UHGV virus genome: UHGV-0200855
Source: a virus
Strand: one strand, 5' to 3'
DNA length: 33,306 nucleotides
Position 1 is the stretch's first letter. Each line of letters opens with the position of its first letter. This document shows, one piece after another, positions 26,097 through 33,306 of the stretch. Made by a program: the position numbers and the translations under genes. The notes beneath the pieces were generated by a model. The model was not told where the DNA came from and did not search any database. It saw only the letters and a program-made list of their open reading frames with translations.

Positions 26097-27889
26097 GACG
26101 CAGAAACTCCATATATTTTTGCAATAATTCCCTCTAGTTGTGAGGGATTTATGCCAGATTCAATGTAACCTTGCAGTTCAGTTAACTTATTTAAATCAGG
26201 GAGCGGGATAGCATTTAACTCATATGCTGAAACAGCTACGCTCCCGCTAATGCAACGAAATATTCTGTCGACAGTCGCTGAATTAAGTATTTTTTCAATG
26301 ACGCTGGCACTGACGCCTGAGAATAAATCATCAGCACTAATGACATTAATGTGATTTTCAACAACAACCCCTCCAAATTCATCTATGAAATCTTGAGGGA
26401 TTATCGCTGCCATAATTCTTTTTTCCTGCTCTTTGGAGGTAGTTCTCTGAACAAGCAAGCACTCATTTTTCGTTATAAGAAATTCTTGATTTTTCATTAT
26501 TTCGATAAATGGTACATGATTTCTTCTGGTCGCACTAAATTTGAACCCTTCATTCGTAACAGATTCGGCCCAGATCAGAGGGTAATGACCTTTCTTCTTA
26601 ATTTGTCTTAACTGAGGTTTGAATCTGTTCCAAACTAGTTGACCAGTTGACACTTTATAGCCCACGTCAGATAGCCGCATAGTTAGCTTTTTGATTTTAT
26701 TTATAAATGTGACGTCTGTCTTTTTCCGAGGCAATAACCAGATTTTACCGCCGTTTTCGATATCAACCTTACCTAAAATCTCTGTTTTTGCCTTGTTAAG
26801 CCCCTTAGGTATTAATGAGCAAACAGAAACTTTTTTATCATGCTGACCTGCCTTGAACGTAGCCAGCATGGTTTCCTGCAACACATCGTCAAAAACGCCG
26901 TCTCTATCTGATATGAAATCGAAAAAGAAGGGGGTGGTATATTGAGTTAGGATATTTCTGAGTGAAGTAAAATATTGTCCGCCTAAGAAAGAAGTAGGCG
27001 TTAAAAAGGCAATTACACCTGTATTAGGTTTTATTAACCGAACGGCAAGATCAGTGAAAAGCCCATACAGGTTTGCATGACCAAAAAGCGACCGAGAAAA
27101 TTTCGCACGTAATTCAGGATTAAGTGACACTCTTCCATAGGGAGGATTTCCCATTACAAGGTCAAATTCCCCTAAGTCTTCCTGAATGAGGGCGTCACCT
27201 ACAATAATTACCGAATCTGGAATACGTCGTTTCGTACTTACGCAGAGAGGCATAACAGCTGTCTCAAGAAGAACTAAGCTCATCCATGCGGCAAAGGGAT
27301 CTATTTCAATCCCCTTAAGCCTCTTAACCAGCCTTCTGAAGATCCATTCGGGTGAGGAGCCTTTCTCATTTTTCAACATTCTTAATGCAACAGGTGCGAG
27401 AAATGCTCCACCTCCACATGCTGGATCGATAACCGATGCTTTCGAAAAATCCACTCCACTTTTTTCTGCCATATCCAGTAAACGTTCAACAAGTGGGGGA
27501 GGGGTGTAATATGCCCCTTTTTCAGAACGGTATGTAGCAGGCAGCATGACAGTGTAAATCGAACCGATCAAAAACCCAGCATCTTCAACCGGAAATAAAG
27601 CAATCAGTTCTCCCGTTCTATCTGCCAGTTGTCCAGCATCTATAGCAACATCATCAATGAGTACAGAAGGCGTAACTGGTTTTATGGCAATGGAAGCCCT
27701 GTGCTTTTCAGCAACTGATGACCAATAAGACTTTAAAACTCTTACGCAATAGGAACGAGCCTGTACAAGCCTTGTATCATCGTTTTCAAAGTCAGCCGCA
27801 TAACCTTTAGACATGGCTTTACACGTTTGGTAACGCTGTAACAGCGTTAATTCTTTATTGTCAATGAATTCAAGGGGTTGTGCGTACAT
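26093..27889 (-). CDS. N6-adenine DNA methyltransferase (gamma class, PstI/BsuBI-like), cognate to the endonuclease
   Basis: GAYYTPP (motif X), IDPACGGGAFL (motif I), GIEID and GNPPY (motif IV). The likely start is ATG 27889 or 27895 with AGGA upstream, not 28069. Confidence 0.9.
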   Translation of the reverse strand: MYAQPLEFIDNKELTLLQRYQTCKAMSKGYAADFENDDTRLVQARSYCVRVLKSYWSSVAEKHRASIAIKPVTPSVLIDDVAIDAGQLADRTGELIALFPVEDAGFLIGSIYTVMLPATYRSEKGAYYTPPPLVERLLDMAEKSGVDFSKASVIDPACGGGAFLAPVALRMLKNEKGSSPEWIFRRLVKRLKGIEIDPFAAWMSLVLLETAVMPLCVSTKRRIPDSVIIVGDALIQEDLGEFDLVMGNPPYGRVSLNPELRAKFSRSLFGHANLYGLFTDLAVRLIKPNTGVIAFLTPTSFLGGQYFTSLRNILTQYTTPFFFDFISDRDGVFDDVLQETMLATFKAGQHDKKVSVCSLIPKGLNKAKTEILGKVDIENGGKIWLLPRKKTDVTFINKIKKLTMRLSDVGYKVSTGQLVWNRFKPQLRQIKKKGHYPLIWAESVTNEGFKFSATRRNHVPFIEIMKNQEFLITKNECLLVQRTTSKEQEKRIMAAIIPQDFIDEFGGVVVENHINVISADDLFSGVSASVIEKILNSATVDRIFRCISGSVAVSAYELNAIPLPDLNKLTELQGYIESGINPSQLEGIIAKIYGVSAS

Positions 27890-28022
27890 GCTCATTCCTG
27901 GTTTCAGGTAACTACTCTTTAACTTACCTATAAATTTTTTCGGCGCAAGGATAACAGGCTTGCCTATGATAAGTGAACACACAAACGACAAGTGTGTCAC
28001 AGTGAGTTGATGTTGACGTTTC

Positions 28023-28256
28023 TCAGTGTAACCAGCTGTCATCTTCCCAGACGTTCTGGAGCAGATCATTCACTCGTCGCCTGTCCTCATCAATTTTGAG
28101 GCCGGGCATTTCTATTCTGGTGTGGCTACCCTGACGAACTCGCACCACAGCATCAGGAAACAGCGCAACTACGCGTCTGTTAACTTCGACATGGAAAGCA
28201 TCAAGGACCGGCTGGCTTATTTTGTGGTTTTTGTCGAGCATGATTTCAATTCGCAT
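28023..28256 (-). CDS. DinI-like protein (186 orf97-like)
   Basis: MRIEIMLDK...EVNRRV...VRVRQGS...LLQNVWEDDSW, with AAGGAG RBS before ATG 28256. Confidence 0.85.
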   Translation of the reverse strand: MRIEIMLDKNHKISQPVLDAFHVEVNRRVVALFPDAVVRVRQGSHTRIEMPGLKIDEDRRRVNDLLQNVWEDDSWLH

Positions 28257-28266
28257 CGCAATCTCC

Positions 28267-28452
28267 TTATTCAGCAGCGTAGAAGATTTCCTCATCAGCA
28301 TCCTGACGAGTTTCTGAGTTTGCCAATTCGGCAATAATGGTGAGTGCCAGTTTCAGGTCAGACGGCTTGCAGTTAGCAATCAGCGAAACCTCCGCAATAA
28401 ACTGCATGCACGCCATTTTTTTATGCATCTGGCTTGATTCCTGAGCCGTCAT
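28267..28452 (-). CDS. Tum-like (TumA-type) SOS-inducible antirepressor candidate
   Basis: 61 aa, first gene after a LexA box, GGGAGG RBS, at the position of 186 tum. FIAEVSLIANCKPSDLKLAL. Confidence 0.65.
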   Translation of the reverse strand: MTAQESSQMHKKMACMQFIAEVSLIANCKPSDLKLALTIIAELANSETRQDADEEIFYAAE

Positions 28453-28471
28453 TTTCCCTCCCCAAAATTTA

Positions 28472-28497
28472 CTGTGTATTTATACAGTATCATAGCA
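28472..28497 (-). promoter_or_regulatory. LexA (SOS) box next to an extended -10 promoter
   Basis: CTGTGTATTTATACAG (28472-28487, CTG-N10-CAG) adjacent to TGcTATGAT on the minus strand (28489-28497). Confidence 0.9.
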
Positions 28498-28652
28498 TTT
28501 ATAAGTAGAGAAAGAAAAATGTCTGAGCCAGATCATTTTTTTATCTGGCTGATACGAAACAACTTTCCTTTCCTGCTGAAGCTATGCACGGAATGAGCTC
28601 AACACATAATATTCAGACTATCAGTAGCCCGCTAATCATTAAATTTAGCCCG

Positions 28653-30902
28653 TTATTGATTGTTTTTTGCTCGTGAAATCTGCGCCAGACGGTTAAAGCG
28701 TTCTAATGCGCCTGGCTTTTTCGGCTCCATTATTGGGCGGAACAGTTCGCCATAAGCTGAGCTGCGGAACAGGCGGCCAGCAATTTTCGTCTGCGTGCCG
28801 CCAATCAGGCGCACGGCCAGCCCGCGGCTGATGATTTCACCGCATAAATCCTTCACCTGGCCTATCACGTTATCGCACGCGGCCTCGATTTTGTCCGACC
28901 GCCTCAGCAGCCGGTGCCGCTTTTCTGGCTCCTGCGCCCTGATCCGGCTCAGCAGCTGTCGCCTTTCTCGCCTGCTCATGCCGTCCAGGTCGGTATTGTC
29001 GAAACTTTCCGGCGGGTTCGAATCCTTGGATCTCAATCCCCCCGTACAGTTATTGACAGAACTCCGAGAGGACGCGGACGCGTCCTTAAATTCAAAACCC
29101 AAATCAACGGCACGTTTCGGGACAATCTTCCACTGCGTCAGACGGGTGAGGATCGGCGTATCTTCGCCCACTTCAGTTGCGTAAACGCCCTTGATGCGCA
29201 CAGTTTCCTCACCATACTCGTTCATGTCTTCGCTCGCCTGATACCAGGTGCGAACGGCCAGCTCGTCGCGGCGCACGAACGGACCACCCTGCGCGTTAAC
29301 GTATCCTGCCCAGTCTCCCGCGTCGGCCGCATCATGCGCGGCCGCAAACTCGACGCTGAGGCCGTGCGCAGTTTCGCTGTCGGCCATGCGGCGCAGCTCG
29401 CGGTAAACCGTCACAGGCGCGCCGCCCACAAACTGGAATTGCCGGATGTGCCAGCGTGCCGCCCAGGCGGAAACGGCGGAGGCAGTTTCTTTGAGGTCTT
29501 TGCCGCTCTCGTCGTCCGTTTCGCCGTCCAGCGCGTAGCCGTCAATATTCTTGGAAATGTATTTAGCCACGTAGCCCGTGGCGCTGCCTTTCTCCGGGTC
29601 GATAGCCTCGGCGTGAAAACGGGCCTTACGGGCTTTATCGGTCGTCAGCTCGCCAGCGTCTTCATGAGAGGCGTAGTCGCGCATAATCACGCGCACGCGC
29701 TCGACCTGCTCAGGGCGCATAAACATCAGCATGTGCCAGTGCGGGGTCGCGTCGTGGTGAGGTTCGGCGACGCGGATCCCGAAGATGCGGATTTCTTCGC
29801 GGTGCAGCTTGGCGCGGATTTTTTGCCAGACGCTGCAGAGATAGCGTTGGGTGTCGGCCGGGCTGGCACCGTTCCATTTACGGTTGCGATGACCGGTTTT
29901 GATTGTGGCGTGATAGCGCGCCGGGGCGGTCAGCGTGTAGAACTCGCCGATGAAGCCCATCTCGTTGCAGATGTTTTCGAAGCCGCGAATGCGGGTCATC
30001 AGCTCGCAGCGCCGGATCGCCGGGTTAGCCACGCTGCCGTCGTACTTCTCGATCAGGCTGATGCGGTTGCCTTCCTCATCTTCCAGCTCCATGCCCTTCA
30101 AAAACTCACGGGTGCGCCGCTTCTGCTCGCGCCACTCTGAGACGGTCATGCTGCTGGCGTAGGGGGTATGTTTTTTGCTGACGTTAGCCAGGGCAATCTG
30201 CAGGTGTTCACGCCATGACGCGGCGACGCGGCGCAGGCGGCCCTTCCACCACTTTTCGGTCTGCATGCGCATGATCGCCGGGGTCACTTCCTCCGGGTCG
30301 AACAGACGGGACGTGACTTTTTCCCACAGCGGCGGCGTCTGGCTCAGCTCGCGGGTGATAGTGGCGGCGGTCATGTAAACGCGGTGCGTGTATTTGTAAT
30401 CCGACTCGTCGCTGGCCTGCGCGTGCGCCTGTACCAGCTCGGCGAGGATGAAATTAGCCACATCCCCGGCCAGCAGATCGACGTCGGCGCGCGCCATGTC
30501 GGGCAGGCGGTTAAAGCGACGCATCAGCTCCCACAGCGTGCCGGCCGCGCTGGCCGCGCCAGCCTGTTGAACGGCGTTACCTGCCAGCAGGTTAAACGTG
30601 CCGCTGCTCATTTCGCCGAGGCGGTACTGCTCACTGACGCATTCAACGCGTGGCAATGTGCGCTCAACAAAGGTTTTTGCTAAGTACGCATTGGCACGGG
30701 CAATGCCCTGGGTCTTTTCAAGCTCGCTGATGCGGCGCTTAACGTCGAGCTGGATCAGCGTCGGCTGCTTTTCCAGTAACTCCTGCGCACGCGCTAAAGC
30801 CGCAATCATCTGACTGCGGCTGTGCATCTCCTCATAGGTGGGGTACGGGCTGGCGATGGCTTCCCGTGGAGCATTCCACGGGTAGGCGTATTCCTGAATC
30901 AT
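28653..30902 (-). CDS. A: Rolling-circle replication initiator gpA (HUH endonuclease)
   Basis: FYTLTAP, EPHHDATPHWH (HUH) and GYVAKYISKNIDG (two catalytic Tyr). Confidence 0.96.
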   Translation of the reverse strand: MIQEYAYPWNAPREAIASPYPTYEEMHSRSQMIAALARAQELLEKQPTLIQLDVKRRISELEKTQGIARANAYLAKTFVERTLPRVECVSEQYRLGEMSSGTFNLLAGNAVQQAGAASAAGTLWELMRRFNRLPDMARADVDLLAGDVANFILAELVQAHAQASDESDYKYTHRVYMTAATITRELSQTPPLWEKVTSRLFDPEEVTPAIMRMQTEKWWKGRLRRVAASWREHLQIALANVSKKHTPYASSMTVSEWREQKRRTREFLKGMELEDEEGNRISLIEKYDGSVANPAIRRCELMTRIRGFENICNEMGFIGEFYTLTAPARYHATIKTGHRNRKWNGASPADTQRYLCSVWQKIRAKLHREEIRIFGIRVAEPHHDATPHWHMLMFMRPEQVERVRVIMRDYASHEDAGELTTDKARKARFHAEAIDPEKGSATGYVAKYISKNIDGYALDGETDDESGKDLKETASAVSAWAARWHIRQFQFVGGAPVTVYRELRRMADSETAHGLSVEFAAAHDAADAGDWAGYVNAQGGPFVRRDELAVRTWYQASEDMNEYGEETVRIKGVYATEVGEDTPILTRLTQWKIVPKRAVDLGFEFKDASASSRSSVNNCTGGLRSKDSNPPESFDNTDLDGMSRRERRQLLSRIRAQEPEKRHRLLRRSDKIEAACDNVIGQVKDLCGEIISRGLAVRLIGGTQTKIAGRLFRSSAYGELFRPIMEPKKPGALERFNRLAQISRAKNNQ
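29042..29075 (-). other. Replication origin (gpA nick site) within gene A
   Basis: Minus strand GCGTCCTCTCG/GAGTTCTGTCAATAACTGTACGG resembles the recalled P2 ori CCTCG/GAGTCCTGTCAA. Predicted nick between 29065 and 29064. Confidence 0.8.
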
Positions 30903-31762
30903 TGAACCGCCTGCACTTCTGCAGACCAGCCAGCGCCTGCCGCCGGATCAACGCCGACAAATACTGCGCTCTCCTGTGGACGGCGCACGGCGATGATTTC
31001 CGAGGCGCGCTTGCCCTCACCGGCGGCAACGCCGACAGAGCGGGCTACGCTGATTTTGGTAATGTCGAAATCTCGCAGGATGCTGCGGGTGTAGAAGGTA
31101 TCGCTGTTTGAAACGACAACCGGACAGCGCTCCGAGACGCCGAGCAACATGCTGACAAGATCGTGATGCTCATCCTTGTCAAAGCCCGCCGAGTGATAGT
31201 CCGAAAACGTCCCGTCATACGGCGGATCGCAGTACACCACTTCCCCTGCTTTAGCGAGTGGCAGCGTCTCGCGGAAGTCGGCGCAGATAAACGTCGCGCG
31301 CTGCGCCTTCTCCGCGAATGCTTCAATCTCAGCCAGTGGAAAATAGGGTTTTTTGTAGTGACCAAAAGGGATATTAAATTCACCGCTACGGTTGTAACGG
31401 CACATGCCGCGATAGCCGTGGCGGTTCAGATACAGGAAGTGCGCGGCGCGCTCCAGCAGGGTTAGCGCGGGGTTATGGTTGAACGCCTCACGGACAGAAT
31501 AATAACTTTCGCCTGTGGTGTTCTGATTGAACAAGCTGGCCGCAACAACGATAAAGGGGCGGGCGTGCTCCTTTATCTGGCGGTACAGGTTGATCAGGTC
31601 GGGGTTAATATCCGCAACCAGATAGGAAGGGTAATCGGTGTTCATCATCACCGCGCAAGAACCGGCGAAGGGCTCGACCAGGCGATCACCCGCCGGCAGG
31701 TGTGCCAGCAGTTCCGGCATTACGCGGGTCTTGCTGCCCGCCCATTTAAGGATTGCGCTCAT
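30899..31762 (-). CDS. dam: Dam-family DNA adenine methyltransferase
   Basis: LKWAGSK, EPFAGS, DINPDLIN, YLNRHGYRG and YCDPPY motifs. Confidence 0.93.
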   Translation of the reverse strand: MSAILKWAGSKTRVMPELLAHLPAGDRLVEPFAGSCAVMMNTDYPSYLVADINPDLINLYRQIKEHARPFIVVAASLFNQNTTGESYYSVREAFNHNPALTLLERAAHFLYLNRHGYRGMCRYNRSGEFNIPFGHYKKPYFPLAEIEAFAEKAQRATFICADFRETLPLAKAGEVVYCDPPYDGTFSDYHSAGFDKDEHHDLVSMLLGVSERCPVVVSNSDTFYTRSILRDFDITKISVARSVGVAAGEGKRASEIIAVRRPQESAVFVGVDPAAGAGWSAEVQAVQ

Positions 31763-31986
31763 ACCGCACCGACTTTTGAAACTTTCGCGTACCGTTCGGC
31801 CATGTCCTGACAGCTGACGCAGCGGGTTACGCCACGCACGGCGCGGCGGCGCTGTTCCGGGATCGGCGCGTCGCAGTCTTCACAGAATGAAGCCGCCACG
31901 CTGACCGGGCGGTTAACCACGCTGGCGATGTTGCGCGCCAGCAGCTCGTCGGCGCGCTGCTGCGCCATGTCGATAGAGTCGGCCAT
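31759..31986 (-). CDS. TraR/DksA-family C4 zinc-finger protein (P2 orf82-like)
   Basis: MADSIDMA (DxxDxA) and CEDC...IPEQRR...CVSCQ. Confidence 0.9.
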   Translation of the reverse strand: MADSIDMAQQRADELLARNIASVVNRPVSVAASFCEDCDAPIPEQRRRAVRGVTRCVSCQDMAERYAKVSKVGAV

Positions 31987-32213
31987 TAGTGCAGCTCCTG
32001 TGATTCGTTCTGATAGCGCTCTGCCTCGCGGCGGATCAGGTCAGCAGCTTCGATGCCGGAAAGCCCTCGCTGATGTACGTGCACGGCCAGCTCAACAAGG
32101 CGCTCAGACACGGCCAGCGCGCGGTCTTTGCGCTCTTCAATGCGCGCCCTGGTGATGACTGCGGCCAGCGCCTCGGTGTCAGCGTCAAAATTAAATTTCT
32201 CGATATTTCGCAT
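31986..32213 (-). CDS. Conserved P2-like early protein (DUF2732-like)
   Basis: MRNIEK start with GGAG RBS, ARIEERKDRA...EAADLIRREAE motifs, synteny. Confidence 0.75.
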   Translation of the reverse strand: MRNIEKFNFDADTEALAAVITRARIEERKDRALAVSERLVELAVHVHQRGLSGIEAADLIRREAERYQNESQELH

Positions 32214-32282
32214 TTCACTTTCTCCAGAATTTGGGCAAAAGAATGCCCGGCGGGTGTACGCCATTTATTTACTTCGGGTTAA

Positions 32283-32624
32283 TTAATTAGGCAGAGCCAT
32301 TCGCTTCGGAAATAAACTCACGACTGCTTTTAGATGATTCATTGCACGAATAAGCGCCGCTCTTTCATCAGTAGTCAGTTCACTAAATTCAGCGGCGTGC
32401 CTGTCCTTACCGATGCCAGCCAGGAAGAAAATCGCGCTCAGCGCGCGCTTGTTGTCCTGGTAATTACTGTCTGTCACATCGCGCATTTCAGATAAAAAAC
32501 GAGCCATATCTTTTTCACAGTTGCCGCCCATCAGCTGCGCGCGGATTAAGGCAACGTGATTCAGCGCCGAAACCCGTTGGCCGGCAGTAAGCTCGACCAA
32601 CATTGAATCGCCTTCGATAGCCAT
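32283..32624 (-). CDS. Conserved P2/186-like early protein (DUF5347-like)
   Basis: MAIEG...LNHVALIR...NKRALSAIFFLA...ELTTDE..ALIRAMN, synteny. Confidence 0.75.
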   Translation of the reverse strand: MAIEGDSMLVELTAGQRVSALNHVALIRAQLMGGNCEKDMARFLSEMRDVTDSNYQDNKRALSAIFFLAGIGKDRHAAEFSELTTDERAALIRAMNHLKAVVSLFPKRMALPN

Positions 32625-32764
32625 GTTTTACCTCTTTGCTCTTTTACCTGTACCTGCTGGCTCAGTACCGGATGCCAGCGCTTGCCGTTCTCGCCCATGA
32701 TCCAGCCATGCCCGTATGACATTGACGGACTCTGGCGTTTGAGGCGTGAAGCAAATGAAATCAT
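32561..32764 (-). CDS. Fil-like early protein (DUF2724-like)
   Basis: LKRQSPSMSYGHGWIMGENGKRWHP, directly after cII as in 186. Confidence 0.7.
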   Translation of the reverse strand: MISFASRLKRQSPSMSYGHGWIMGENGKRWHPVLSQQVQVKEQRGKTWLSKAIQCWSSLLPANGFRR

Positions 32765-32773
32765 CGTGCGCCC

Positions 32774-33283
32774 TCAGCTGATGCCAATCGAAGCACCCAG
32801 CCCGCTGATTGCGTCAACGGTTGAGGCTAAGGTCGGATTGGAGTGAACGCGATTCTGCACGGCGAGCGCGGCCAGCATCATGCAGCGGATCCCGGTATTG
32901 GCCGCTTCAAGAATGCCGCGACGGCAGGTTGCTGTAATGCGTTCCGGGTTCGCGGCGTTAGCGGCCATATGCCCGACTTCGGCGGTCGCCTTAAGCACGT
33001 ACGTCGGAAACTTCTCTTTTGCCAGCTCGTTAACCGGTACACACGGCAGGCATTGCAGCTGCGCCAGCATGCCGTCCATCAGCGTGGCGTCTTCAGTTAG
33101 ATCGGTAAGCACCAGCACTTCTGGAACGGTCAGCTGATGCACCTGCTCCGGGTTAAGCTTGTTGCGCAGGGTCTGCACTTTCATACCAGCCCGCTGCGCC
33201 AGCTCCGTCATGTTGTGCGTGAGCGCAAACTTGCGGCAAGCGTCGTCATATTCGTTATGGGTGGAAGTCTTAAAATCAAACAT
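32774..33283 (-). CDS. cII: CII lysogeny-establishment activator (186 type, 169 aa)
   Basis: MFDFKTS..YDDACRKFA, TLRNKLNPEQVHQLT and CLPCVPVNE motifs. AAAGGA RBS before ATG 33283. Confidence 0.92.
   Translation of the reverse strand: MFDFKTSTHNEYDDACRKFALTHNMTELAQRAGMKVQTLRNKLNPEQVHQLTVPEVLVLTDLTEDATLMDGMLAQLQCLPCVPVNELAKEKFPTYVLKATAEVGHMAANAANPERITATCRRGILEAANTGIRCMMLAALAVQNRVHSNPTLASTVDAISGLGASIGIS
33257..33283 (+). promoter_or_regulatory. Candidate CII binding site of the establishment promoter pE
   Basis: ATGGGTG-N13-CAAACAT at the cII start, the same place and spacing as the recalled 186 site ATGTTTG-N13-CAAACAT. Confidence 0.6.
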
Positions 33284-33306
33284 GGTCATTCCTTTGCTCA
33301 ACTTAA

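Larger units (their letters stand above)
1..33306. mobile_element. P2/186-like temperate phage genome, apparently complete and circularly permuted (excised/attP form)
   Basis: Complete P2-type gene order. int abuts ogr/B with no host DNA between them. apl at the start and cII at the end are adjacent if the window is circularised. Confidence 0.95.

Noticed and set aside
27896..28069. N-terminal 58-aa extension of the MTase ORF
   Set aside because: It overlaps the dinI-like gene and the probable promoter region. A better RBS precedes ATG 27895/27889.
28914..30140. 408-aa plus-strand ORF, and similar antisense ORFs such as 20799-21794 and 6743-7444
   Set aside because: Shadows of well-supported genes A, P and T with no independent signals.

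Overview
The window is an apparently complete ~33.3 kb temperate P2/186-like myovirus genome (Peduoviridae-type) in circularly permuted, excised form. int sits directly beside the late activator gene across an attP-like region, and apl/cox at the window start continues into cII at the window end. It holds a 186-type switch (apl, a cI with two tandem HTH domains, cII, int), an early/replication operon (fil-like, DUF5347-like, DUF2732-like, TraR/DksA-like, dam, rolling-circle initiator A with internal ori), a LexA-boxed tum/dinI-like operon and a full P2-type head, lysis, baseplate and tail gene set. Three AT-rich accessory loci are present: (i) an 83-aa membrane protein between cI and int; (ii) a 235-aa two-TM moron between V and S; (iii) a co-oriented N6-adenine MTase + BsuBI/PstI-family endonuclease + AIPR-family gene set that straddles the cos site and is the best candidate for a composite anti-phage system. 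Cis-elements read directly from the sequence include cos, ori, Int arm sites, three TGT-N12-ACA late-activator sites, the E/E' frameshift site, an SOS box, candidate CI/CII operators and an orphan hix/gix-like site in the tail fibre gene. All family assignments come from recalled motifs and synteny, not database searches. An enterobacterial host is inferred.
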